From a virus: a DNA stretch of 64,000 bases. The stretch covers positions 1-64,000 of IMG/VR virus record IMGVR_UViG_3300023179_000073, one strand, 5' to 3'. Positions 17,919-26,506 of the stretch are shown piece by piece; within the stretch, counting starts at the first letter, position 1; each line of letters opens with the position of its first letter. Under the pieces are notes generated by a model. It made no database searches. It saw only the letters and a program-made list of their open reading frames with translations, and was not told the DNA's origin. Made by a program: the position numbers and the translations under genes.

Positions 17919-18287
17919 CTACTTTCTTAGATCAAATGCGGTTCCTTGCCAAACCTTCTCTAATTTTTTCTTTTCTCTTTCCACAATTGCACGGCTCCAT
18001 GAAAAACCTGCATCTCCACCCCAAGCATCCCACATAATTCTTCCATTAGATGGAAACTCTGGACCATCATAAAAGCCTTTGCCTTTTTTATCTACTTCAT
18101 GACGAGAAAAAAATGAATACATACGTTTAACAACTGAAAGAGACATTGATCTTCCAGCAACTATATCTGTTGCACGACCCCAACCGACTGGAGTACCTGC
18201 TCCTTTAGCCTTACCATCTGCTTTCCATTTTAAAGCACGACGAGCAGCAGCCTTCATACCAGATGTTGGTGTATATGTATCAGCCAT
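17919..18287 (-). CDS. Conserved phage protein (possible head-associated basic domain)
   Basis: AARRALKW...GTPVGWGRA...KRMYSFFSRH...WDAWGGDAG. Confidence 0.6.
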   Translation of the reverse strand: MADTYTPTSGMKAAARRALKWKADGKAKGAGTPVGWGRATDIVAGRSMSLSVVKRMYSFFSRHEVDKKGKGFYDGPEFPSNGRIMWDAWGGDAGFSWSRAIVEREKKKLEKVWQGTAFDLRK

Positions 18288-18639
18288 TTTCTTCTATCCT
18301 TTTTCTTTCATAAGATTTACCCCAAAAAAATGATCCAATCATTAATAATCCTATTACTAGTGAATGCCAGAAATAAAACATGCTCATTTTCCACCCTTTT
18401 TCTTTTGTTGTTTAGCAACACGCTTTTCTTTAAGAGTCATCTTTGGCTCTTTCTTTTTATTAACATTACCCTTTTGTTCTTTATTTGCCACTTACTGCCC
18501 CCTTTTTTATTTTTGGATATGGACCAAGATCTGCCTTAATTGTCCCGTCTTTTCTTAAACGAACAATTCTTCCATCTTTTATTTGTAATGGATTAAATGC
18601 ATAGTTTTTAAAAAAAGATCCAGAAGATTTTTTAGACAT
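18280..18639 (-). CDS. Three coupled micro-ORFs (18481-18639, 52 aa; 18384-18491, 35 aa basic; 18280-18387, 35 aa TM)
   Basis: Manual translation; overlapping starts and stops tile the gap between two larger genes. Confidence 0.45.
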
Positions 18640-19493
18640 TATTTTTCCAATGTCAGAGGATTAAACGCTCCGCTCCAAATACTTTTTTCTGTAGTTTGAG
18701 ATGCTGACTTATATGTTCCACCACGGCGTTTGTATTCTTGAACTACCCAAGAATTAGCAACTGCAGACGGGTAAACATCAAACTTATCTTTTGCTGCTTG
18801 CACAACTCTTGCATAAAGTTTTGGATTTGCTGGCTCACTTCCACCACGTCTTGGTTTAATAAACTCATCATAGTTAGGAGTTTTTGCTTTATCAATTTCT
18901 TCTGATTTTTTAACTGGAACGCAATTAGGAACCATTCGTCCATTTTTTTCTTTCATTCCTTGTTGTTCATATCCTACCCAACATGCCTTTTCCATGTTAT
19001 CCCATTTATCTTCTTCTTCATTGTCTGAATAATAACTTTTGCTTATTATGTTTGTTTTTATTGTTTCTATAACTTTATCCATGCCAATATTTGATTCTAA
19101 AGATGGCATTGCCATTACTTCAGATGCTTTTATACCAACAAAATATTCTGTTTCTTCTAATCCGCCTTCTTCCATTTCAAAAAGTTGAATTAATAAAGCA
19201 GGTTCTTCTGCTGATGCAGCAAGCGCATATTCTGATCCAGGAAAACCAAGCATTCCTTCTGTCATTACATGGACAACACGACCAACATAAACTTCATCAT
19301 CATTCGGCGCCATAACCATGTCGCCTTCTTTTACCATTGCCTTGCCAATATTTCCTTCGCTAATATTAATAGCATAAATTTGACGAGCAGCAGCGCCTTT
19401 AGTTTTATGGCAACCCATTACTGTTCCATCGTCTTTTAAAGCAGGGTAGCCTGAGCATCCATATGACCCTTTAGCACCTACACGATATGGCAT
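18639..19493 (-). CDS. Modular hypothetical protein (candidate internal head polyprotein)
   Basis: Modules GCSGY...GCH, VKEGDMV...GRV, CWVGYEQQGMKEKNGRMVPNCVP, PANPKLY...YPSAVAN...EYKRRGG; own TGATATAAT promoter and GGAGG RBS. Confidence 0.65.
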   Translation of the reverse strand: MPYRVGAKGSYGCSGYPALKDDGTVMGCHKTKGAAARQIYAINISEGNIGKAMVKEGDMVMAPNDDEVYVGRVVHVMTEGMLGFPGSEYALAASAEEPALLIQLFEMEEGGLEETEYFVGIKASEVMAMPSLESNIGMDKVIETIKTNIISKSYYSDNEEEDKWDNMEKACWVGYEQQGMKEKNGRMVPNCVPVKKSEEIDKAKTPNYDEFIKPRRGGSEPANPKLYARVVQAAKDKFDVYPSAVANSWVVQEYKRRGGTYKSASQTTEKSIWSGAFNPLTLEK

Positions 19494-19532
19494 AGCAAAC
19501 CCTCCTAGTTTATATACTGATTATATCAGAAT

Positions 19533-19919
19533 TTAGTTATTGGGATGTTGACCAGATAGCCTTTTTAGTTCTTCAATAGACCACTGCTCACGCTTAGTAA
19601 GTTTTGATATTGCATCTCTATCATATGCTTTTGGCCCAAGGGTAACTATTGGATCCTTTGCTAAAAAATCTATATTTACATACCCTCTTTCCCATAAAGA
19701 AAGTATTTCAGTATTTACAGAGTTCATATGGTCATGATATAACTCTGGCATTACCTGCTGAATTTTGGGAGTAAATGAATATAAAAGTGATCCATCTTCA
19801 GAATCAATGCCAGCAACTTCTAATGCACCCTCAAGAATTAATTTTTCAATCATTTCATTTTCATCTGAACTCATATTTTTTCCATCAGGATTTAATATCC
19901 TTTTTAATAATTTTTTCAT
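19533..19919 (-). CDS. Hypothetical protein (possible winged helix)
   Basis: ORF; true start may be internal (MSSDENE). Confidence 0.55.
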   Translation of the reverse strand: MKKLLKRILNPDGKNMSSDENEMIEKLILEGALEVAGIDSEDGSLLYSFTPKIQQVMPELYHDHMNSVNTEILSLWERGYVNIDFLAKDPIVTLGPKAYDRDAISKLTKREQWSIEELKRLSGQHPNN

Positions 19920-20382
19920 TTCTTAACTCCTTTGATTTTATTACATCGTTAATTGCGTTTTGTTTTAACTTTTTATATGTTCCAGTTTCAAAATCTAAAT
20001 CCTGCAACTTTCTCATATGTGGGCAAAAAATGCGACCCTGCTTCATACATTCTAAATGAAATGGGTGAAGATCTGAATAAACCCATCGGTCGTTTTTATT
20101 TACTAAAATTAAATTGCAAGTATACCACCTAACAACAATTTCTTTATCATTAATTTTTATACCACAATACGGGCACAAATTGTTTTTATATACAAGGTCT
20201 TCATTTTTTTCATTTAGACCAAGATGACCTAAAGATTGAAAACGATCTTCGGATTGCCAAGGAATTGGAACCTTTTTTGCTAAGTCTTTTCTGTTTGGTG
20301 TTGCAAATGGTCTTGGTAATCCCGTTGTGTGCACGTCTTTTTCTTGCCATTTACTAGCAGCAGCAAAATATTTATTTTTCAT
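19885..20382 (-). CDS. Zn-binding hypothetical protein
   Basis: VPIPW, LCPYCG, PFHLEC...FCPH. Confidence 0.6.
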   Translation of the reverse strand: MKNKYFAAASKWQEKDVHTTGLPRPFATPNRKDLAKKVPIPWQSEDRFQSLGHLGLNEKNEDLVYKNNLCPYCGIKINDKEIVVRWYTCNLILVNKNDRWVYSDLHPFHLECMKQGRIFCPHMRKLQDLDFETGTYKKLKQNAINDVIKSKELRNEKIIKKDIKS

Positions 20383-20623
20383 TAATAAAATTTTCTAATT
20401 CTTTTTTTGTTTTTGTTCCAGAAATACGGGAAATCTCTTTTTCATTTTCAATTAAAATAAATGTTGGAATTGACTTTACTTCAAAATTTTTAACAAGCAA
20501 TTGCTCGTAATCAGCATCTATTATTTGAAACTGAAAACCTTCTTTTTTCATTTCTTCAACAATTGGTCGTGTTTTTTTGCACGGAGCACACCAATCTGCT
20601 GTAAAATAAAAAACAGTTTTCAT
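20372..20623 (-). CDS. trxA: Thioredoxin
   Basis: FTADWCAPCK and cis-Pro SIPTF. Confidence 0.9.
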   Translation of the reverse strand: MKTVFYFTADWCAPCKKTRPIVEEMKKEGFQFQIIDADYEQLLVKNFEVKSIPTFILIENEKEISRISGTKTKKELENFINEK

Positions 20624-21027
20624 TTTCCAGACTTTGCTCTAGCCTTTTTTAATACTTCAAAATCTTTAATTTTGGTTTCACCAAGGTATCCCCAAGCATA
20701 ACCATCATTAATCATTTTATTATTAATTGATTCTGATTCTCCATTTATATATACCCAGCCAAGAATGCGACCATATTTTTCGGATGAATCCATTTTTTCT
20801 GTACGAATAACAACTGTTTTAGCATCTTTTAATTTTTTCTTTAAATATTCTTTAGCCTCAAGACCAAGAGCCTTTTCAGCCTTATCTGTTGTGCGTGATT
20901 CTGGAGTATCAATACCAGCCAAACGAACACGGGATGAAAACAAAATATCAAACCCTAAATCAATAATTACATCAATAGTGTCTCCATCAACAACATTCTT
21001 TACTTCTTTAACAAAATACTCATACAT
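20620..21027 (-). CDS. Thermonuclease (SNase-like)
   Basis: VVDGDTID, RVRLAGIDTPE, EKYGRILG. Confidence 0.9.
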   Translation of the reverse strand: MYEYFVKEVKNVVDGDTIDVIIDLGFDILFSSRVRLAGIDTPESRTTDKAEKALGLEAKEYLKKKLKDAKTVVIRTEKMDSSEKYGRILGWVYINGESESINNKMINDGYAWGYLGETKIKDFEVLKKARAKSGK

Positions 21028-21293
21028 TATATAGCCCCAATTGGTTTATTTTTTTCTAGTTTTTCACGCTCATCAATAACTTCAACAATAAAAGACATCA
21101 TTTTTTCATAACCCTTTGGGTTATTTATTATTTTGTTATAATGATGACTACAAAAAAGTAGTTCTCCAGAATTACCCCTAACTTTTACTAGAGCCTGAGC
21201 CTGACATTTATCACAGCGATCATTAGCGGTTAAGGTATAAGTTTTTGATACTACACTTGGATGATCTTTAACGGTTGAGGTCATAGATCTCAT
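21027..21293 (-). CDS. Actinobacterial-type small Zn-finger protein
   Basis: LTANDRCDKCQAQA...LLFCSHH. Confidence 0.7.
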   Translation of the reverse strand: MRSMTSTVKDHPSVVSKTYTLTANDRCDKCQAQALVKVRGNSGELLFCSHHYNKIINNPKGYEKMMSFIVEVIDEREKLEKNKPIGAI

Positions 21294-21727
21294 TATACTC
21301 TATTACTTTCTTTTACCTTTGTATCTCTATTTATAGAATCTACTTTTTGACTTTCTTTAAGTTCAAAAGATTTTTCTCTATCAAATAGTTGATATTCATA
21401 TGATTTAAATTCAAAAAATCTATCTAATTCTTTTAATACTTTTTGATGATCTAGCGTTGAGCAAGTATATAAATCAAATTGTAAAAGTGCTGGCTCTTCT
21501 TCGTCCCATACATGAAAAGCAATGTGAGATGTTTCAATCATTACACTTGCAGTCATTCCACGATTACCCGTTTTATTTACATAAGCAGCATGTGGACCAG
21601 AAATAATTTTCATATCTATCTGTTCAGTTAAATAAGTCAAAAAGTCTTTTACTTTAACTGGATTTGTTGGATAATTCTTAATTTTTGCATTAACCAGTAA
21701 ATGATTATGCTCTATTTTTTTTCCCAC
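21293..21727 (-). CDS. speD: Pyruvoyl-dependent S-adenosylmethionine decarboxylase homologue (class 1B)
   Basis: HLLV, GMTASVMIETSHIAFHVW, FDLYTC. Confidence 0.8.
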   Translation of the reverse strand: MGKKIEHNHLLVNAKIKNYPTNPVKVKDFLTYLTEQIDMKIISGPHAAYVNKTGNRGMTASVMIETSHIAFHVWDEEEPALLQFDLYTCSTLDHQKVLKELDRFFEFKSYEYQLFDREKSFELKESQKVDSINRDTKVKESNRV

Positions 21728-21903
21728 TATTTTCTCCTATTATCTGTTGAATAAAACCCACTACCATTAAAAATAGCAGTAGGAGCACTCCAAAGTCTTT
21801 GCATAGATTCATTGCAACACACTGGATATTTATCTTCTTCAATTCTTTTTTCAAACTCAATTTGAGAAGAGCATACCAAACACTTATAGTCATATATAGG
21901 CAT
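21727..21903 (-). CDS. FmdB-family zinc-ribbon protein
   Basis: MPIYDYKCLVC...CC...FNGSGFYSTD; AGGAG RBS and TGATATACT promoter upstream. Confidence 0.85.
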   Translation of the reverse strand: MPIYDYKCLVCSSQIEFEKRIEEDKYPVCCNESMQRLWSAPTAIFNGSGFYSTDNRRK

Positions 21904-21940
21904 AAACTCTCCTTGGCTTATTGATATATTAAGTATATCA

Positions 21941-22216
21941 TTAAGCACTTCTGTGTGTCAACCTATTATATGTTCTTAATCTATGGCAATTTGCACATAC
22001 AATTTCACATTTTTCAATTTCTTTTTTAATTGCTTTCCATGAAAAACCATCATGTATCATTCTTGATATGTTATATTTTTTTTCTTTAATATGATCAAAA
22101 TCTAAAATAATATGATTATTAATTCCACAGTCTACGCATCCACTAGCCTCTTTGATTTCTGCTAGTTTGCGTTTGAGATTTTGTTTATCTCTTTGTATCA
22201 ACTGTTTTTCAGTCAT
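21941..22216 (-). CDS. HNH endonuclease-like protein
   Basis: CVDC...LDFDH...CEIVCANCHRLRT. Confidence 0.8.
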   Translation of the reverse strand: MTEKQLIQRDKQNLKRKLAEIKEASGCVDCGINNHIILDFDHIKEKKYNISRMIHDGFSWKAIKKEIEKCEIVCANCHRLRTYNRLTHRSA

Positions 22217-22242
22217 CAACAATAATTATATCAGCATGTAAA

Positions 22243-22328
22243 AAGCCCTACACAGGCAATTAAGGCACGATAGCCCAGATTATATTGATGGGTAACTAAA
22301 CCATCTCTAAGGTCCTGTGTAGGGACTA
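22243..22328 (-). ncRNA. Candidate ~85-nt structured small RNA
   Basis: Perfect 11-bp closing stem CCCTACACAGG/CCTGTGTAGGG, internal hairpins, TATAAT about 6 nt upstream, U-run downstream. Confidence 0.55.
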
Positions 22329-22339
22329 TTTATATTATA

Positions 22340-22759
22340 CTACTTGATCTTAATTGATTTAGGTTTTTTATCTTCAGGAACAATACGAACAATGTTTATT
22401 GTAAGCATACCGTCCTTAAGTTCAGCATTAGATACTTCCATATATTCACCAAGGGCAAATGTGCGGGTAAACTTACGACCAGCAATTCCTTTATGAACAA
22501 CTTCAGCATCTACTGTTTCTGTTATTTCGCCTTTTACTATTAATGTTCCATTATCTACTGAAACATCAATGTCTGACTTTGAAAATCCAGCAACAGCCAA
22601 AGATAGTTTATATGTATCTTCGTCTAACTTTAAAATGTCATATGGCGGATATGCCTGACGAGTTGCTAGATTATGTACTGCATTTAAACGCTCCAATTCA
22701 CGATTGAAGCCAATAAAAAATGGATCTTTAAAAAGATCCAGTGCAAATGAACTTACCAT
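22340..22759 (-). CDS. Small heat-shock protein Hsp20 (IbpA-like)
   Basis: YPPYDI, LAVAGF, HKGIAGRKFTRTF, AELKDGML, C-terminal IKIK; AAGGAG RBS supports start 22759. Confidence 0.93.
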   Translation of the reverse strand: MVSSFALDLFKDPFFIGFNRELERLNAVHNLATRQAYPPYDILKLDEDTYKLSLAVAGFSKSDIDVSVDNGTLIVKGEITETVDAEVVHKGIAGRKFTRTFALGEYMEVSNAELKDGMLTINIVRIVPEDKKPKSIKIK

Positions 22760-22911
22760 TTTTATATTCTCCTTTTCAGCGAGTTTCATTTATGTACCCC
22801 CGTTTGGCAGGCACCTATATATTATAGCATTAGTATATATATTTATCAACCCATTTTTTATTTTTTTTATATTGTTTTCTATTAAAAACTTTAAAAATTA
22901 TTGCTAATATT

Positions 22912-23712
22912 CTATATTTCATGTTTAATCCTATTAAAAAATACAGTAGAAACTTGCTTGTGCCATTTTACTCCAAAATGAACACCATCTTTTGCACACT
23001 CCCAATATGGATCATTTTTTAAATTGTTTACAACAATAGAATTTATTTCTTTAATATCTATAAAATTATTAAAATTTAATTTTTTAAAAATATTGCAGTC
23101 ATCTTCATTCCAAGATGTCCAAACCAGTTTTATACCTTTAGAGACACAGATAGATTCAAGCATATATAATAGTGTAGTTGCAAACAATAAATTATTTTCA
23201 TGAACATATTCTTTGCTATATTTTTTTTGTATTTCTATTGGTTGCATTAAATGCTTATTAATTAAAAATGCATTTACAAAACCATTTTGTTTTGAATAAT
23301 AATAAAGATTTCTTGTTATGGGTGGAAAACAAATAAAAATATAATTTGGTGTGCCATAGTTATTTATAAAAGCATTTATATTTCTAATAATAGAATGTAT
23401 AGATGCTCCAGAATAAGATATGTCGTCTATATTTATATTATTTTTTAATAATTTAAAATCCTCATATAAATAATTAGACCACGTATTTTTTTTAAAAATT
23501 CCCCATCCCATAGAATTAGAACATCCAGAAGTCAAAATATTTATATTTTTACTATCAAGCGTTAAAATTTCTTTTGATCTAAAACACAAAGAGTTCATAT
23601 TGTATTTAATTTCTGGACCCTTTTGCCAATTATATACATGACCATTTTTTCCAGGTACGTCTCCGCCACCGCCAGAATATCGCCCTATGTAGGTTTTTTC
23701 TATTTCTTTCAT
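22912..23712 (-). CDS. SGNH/GDSL-like hydrolase or acyltransferase
   Basis: Block I SGCSNSMG, block II SGAS, block V DGVH. Confidence 0.65.
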   Translation of the reverse strand: MKEIEKTYIGRYSGGGGDVPGKNGHVYNWQKGPEIKYNMNSLCFRSKEILTLDSKNINILTSGCSNSMGWGIFKKNTWSNYLYEDFKLLKNNINIDDISYSGASIHSIIRNINAFINNYGTPNYIFICFPPITRNLYYYSKQNGFVNAFLINKHLMQPIEIQKKYSKEYVHENNLLFATTLLYMLESICVSKGIKLVWTSWNEDDCNIFKKLNFNNFIDIKEINSIVVNNLKNDPYWECAKDGVHFGVKWHKQVSTVFFNRIKHEI

Positions 23713-23748
23713 TGTATAATAATTATAACATGCCTAAAAAAAATATAA

Positions 23749-24750
23749 TTAAATCAAATTTCTTCCAAGATTTGGTCCAGAACCTTTTTGTTTTACTGCA
23801 CGAAAACAAGTCGTGCATATAGTGTTATATGCTTTTTTAATTGCCTCCTGTCTTTCTTGACTATACCAAATTTCTTTAATTGTTTTATCTTTAATGTTAA
23901 TATATGCTGTTTCATAGTTAAAATCTGCACAACATATATAAACGTTGCCAGTTGCAGAAATATAGAGTTTGTCTGGGTTATCGTAACCACATCTAATTAC
24001 TTTTCCAGTATTTTTTTGTTTAATTGCATTTTGATTTGAAATAATATCAAATGTTTCTAAAACTCCAACTCGGTCTCCAAGATTATCTCTTCCCCATATT
24101 TTTACTTTTGGTAAAATTTTTTTCATTTCTTTTACTATTTCTGCCAATGTTCCAGTGCTTAAATTTGGATCATATTTTGGTGCTTTATCTAAAACATCTA
24201 TCCAACCACCATTTTTAAATAAAGAATTTTCGTTAATACCATTTGCCATGATATAAAATTCATCTGTTGAAAAAATTTCAAAAAACTCTTCTTGTGCGTA
24301 TTTAAGATTGTTTAAAAGTTTTGGAAATATTTTAATGTTAAATCCAGTAAATTCAGACCATTGTTTTTCATTTAATGATGGAACATTTAATTGAACGGTA
24401 CTAACAATATCTCTATATTCTTTAATTAGGTCTGTTTTTTCTTTTGTTAAATTAACGCCATTGCTAAATATATGCAATTTTATATTATACTTTCTATGAA
24501 GACCTAACATTTCTTTAAAATATGGATATAACAAAACTTCATTAAAATGAATTGGAAAATTTTCTATTTTTTCTTTTATCCAGACCCCCCTGCCTTCATT
24601 TAGTTGTTTAAATATATCTTCCATAGTTTCAATTGACATATTTGCTTTGTTTTCTTTTGAATTACCAACGTAGGCTACTGGACAAAACCAACACTTTGCA
24701 TTGCAAAGTCCATTTGGATCTATATTTATTGATAATATTTTGTTTGTCAT
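23749..24750 (-). CDS. Radical SAM enzyme with SPASM/twitch domain
   Basis: CNAKCWFC; C-terminal RCG...GNVYICCAD...IKEIWYS...CTTC. Confidence 0.88.
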   Translation of the reverse strand: MTNKILSINIDPNGLCNAKCWFCPVAYVGNSKENKANMSIETMEDIFKQLNEGRGVWIKEKIENFPIHFNEVLLYPYFKEMLGLHRKYNIKLHIFSNGVNLTKEKTDLIKEYRDIVSTVQLNVPSLNEKQWSEFTGFNIKIFPKLLNNLKYAQEEFFEIFSTDEFYIMANGINENSLFKNGGWIDVLDKAPKYDPNLSTGTLAEIVKEMKKILPKVKIWGRDNLGDRVGVLETFDIISNQNAIKQKNTGKVIRCGYDNPDKLYISATGNVYICCADFNYETAYINIKDKTIKEIWYSQERQEAIKKAYNTICTTCFRAVKQKGSGPNLGRNLI

Positions 24751-24788
24751 TTTATTTTTTTCATTATTTTTTTATTATATCAGATTTT

Positions 24789-24860
24789 TAGCCCTACAGA
24801 GAATTGAACTCTGCTCACCAAGATGAAAGCCTGGTATCCTGACCACTAGAAGATAGGGCC
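24789..24860 (-). tRNA. tRNA-Glu(UUC)
   Basis: GGCCCTA/TAGGGCT acceptor, CCAGG-CTTTCAT-CTTGG anticodon arm, GTTCAATTC T-loop; no encoded CCA. Confidence 0.88.
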
Positions 24861-24864
24861 TTAG

Positions 24865-24936
24865 AGCGAAAGACAAGATTTGAACTTGTAACATCTACCT
24901 TGGCAAGGTAGTACTCTACCACTGAGTTACTTTCGC
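24865..24936 (-). tRNA. tRNA-Gly(GCC)
   Basis: GCGAAAG/CTTTCGC acceptor, TACCT-TGCCA-AGGTA anticodon arm, ACAAG-TTCAAAT-CTTGT T-arm, U discriminator. Confidence 0.9.
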
Positions 24937-24946
24937 AACATCTATA

Positions 24947-25636
24947 TTATTTAATCCAAGATTTAAGTAAATCTATTAATATTTGAACTTTATTATTTAA
25001 TAATAACAATCCAGAATCTTGTATTGTTTGTCTAACTTCTTCATTAGTTTTTCTTTTTCCTAAACTTAAAGATTCTGATTCATTATTATTTGTTGCAGAA
25101 ATATCTGCTGTTGAATCCAAACTCCAACCTTCTGTAACTCCAACCAATTGTCCATTAACTACAAATATATTCTCACTTACAAACGTTAAAACTTTATTTC
25201 CAAAAATAGTTGCAGAAGAATTGTCTTGTTCTAGTGTTATTTCTGTTGGATTAGGATTTATGGCAGTAAAGGTTTTAGTTTCTCTGTCATAAGTAGTTGT
25301 TCCTGGACCAAACCAAACTCCAACATTGCTGTTTGGAACTTGAAGCACAGCCGTATCGCCTCCTGGACCAAAAGTTCCATTAGCACAAAAACTATGGCAA
25401 ACAACTGTATTTGTTACAGTTCCATTTGAATCTACAATTGCATAGGAGCCTCCAGGTCCGCCAACTGTTCCACCATTTGACCCACCAACAGTTGGTCCAA
25501 AACTCGCAGGTGGGTTAAAGTTATTTATTAGTTCTGGGCCATGAATTCCCATTACAACTTCAAGACCTGCGTTTGCTGGTTGACTTATAAATATAGAAAA
25601 TAGTAATACTGTTAAACTATAAATTATTTTTTTCAT
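24947..25636 (-). CDS. Secreted Gly-rich hypothetical protein
   Basis: Signal peptide ending QPANA; repeated (F/G)GP(G/T) motifs; CxxxC. Confidence 0.65.
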   Translation of the reverse strand: MKKIIYSLTVLLFSIFISQPANAGLEVVMGIHGPELINNFNPPASFGPTVGGSNGGTVGGPGGSYAIVDSNGTVTNTVVCHSFCANGTFGPGGDTAVLQVPNSNVGVWFGPGTTTYDRETKTFTAINPNPTEITLEQDNSSATIFGNKVLTFVSENIFVVNGQLVGVTEGWSLDSTADISATNNNESESLSLGKRKTNEEVRQTIQDSGLLLLNNKVQILIDLLKSWIK

Positions 25637-25660
25637 TTTAATCTTTCTACTAGTTGTTTT

Positions 25661-26482
25661 TTATTTTATTTTTTTGGGAAGTTGATGATCTTTAAATTTA
25701 TTTCCTTCTATATCTTCTCCATTATAGTATACACGATCATAAACGGTAGGAGTTTTTTTGTTATTAATTTCTCTATGATTAGCATGTTTTTCTACAACTT
25801 GTATTTCTTGATTTACTACATTTTCATTAAAAATTTCATAAGCATTTTTTAATTCAAAAGATTCACAAAAATATCTAGGAATTGGAATTAAACCAACTAT
25901 TGGTGTGTTTTTTTGTATAACTATTTCTACATTTTTTAAATCTACTTTTATGTTTAAAGTAAAAGTAAATCTAAGATTGTCAGACTCTACTACACCAGTC
26001 ATTGGACTTAATCCTGGAGTTGGAAAATTTGGTGGAGCAATTGTCATTAAATTAATCCCTGGTGGAGTTTTTAGGGTCAACGGAAAATATATTGTTAAAA
26101 TTCCATTTCCAAATGTTGAAGACGGCATAATAATGTTTTTGCCTTCATAAATTTTAGCATCTTCTCCAAACTTAATAGACAAATCTTCTAAATTGTTATT
26201 TCCGTTCCAAAAAACACTAAAAGTGTATGGCAAACTAAAAACAAAGCCTTGCATATTACCAATTGCTAACGGCAAACATTTATAAAAATGAGAAGTAAAC
26301 CAATCTCTTTTATGAGTATTTTTAAGTGGTTTTAAAAATAATTCAATATCTTTTAAATTAAAAGGCTCTATTCCTTTACTTGAAGCAACTGGGAAAAACG
26401 CAATGGTATTATCTGGAACAACCAATCCATCTTTTTGATTAATTATCATTGTTTTTTTATCTAACATATATAAATCATACAC
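25661..26482 (-). CDS. DUF6065-family protein (paralogue 3)
   Basis: KRDWF...HFYKCLPLAIGNMQG, KTPPGINL...PPN, GVVESD, TPIVGLIPIPR. Confidence 0.7.
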   Translation of the reverse strand: MYDLYMLDKKTMIINQKDGLVVPDNTIAFFPVASSKGIEPFNLKDIELFLKPLKNTHKRDWFTSHFYKCLPLAIGNMQGFVFSLPYTFSVFWNGNNNLEDLSIKFGEDAKIYEGKNIIMPSSTFGNGILTIYFPLTLKTPPGINLMTIAPPNFPTPGLSPMTGVVESDNLRFTFTLNIKVDLKNVEIVIQKNTPIVGLIPIPRYFCESFELKNAYEIFNENVVNQEIQVVEKHANHREINNKKTPTVYDRVYYNGEDIEGNKFKDHQLPKKIK

Positions 26483-26506
26483 CTTTTACCTTCTTTTGTC
26501 AAATAA

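Noticed and set aside
21941-22326. HNH gene plus upstream structured RNA as an intron or RNA-guided (IscB/HEARO-like) element
   Set aside because: The HNH protein is only ~91 aa with no RuvC or RNA-binding extension, has its own promoter, and no interrupted gene or group I core is visible; a functional link is unsupported
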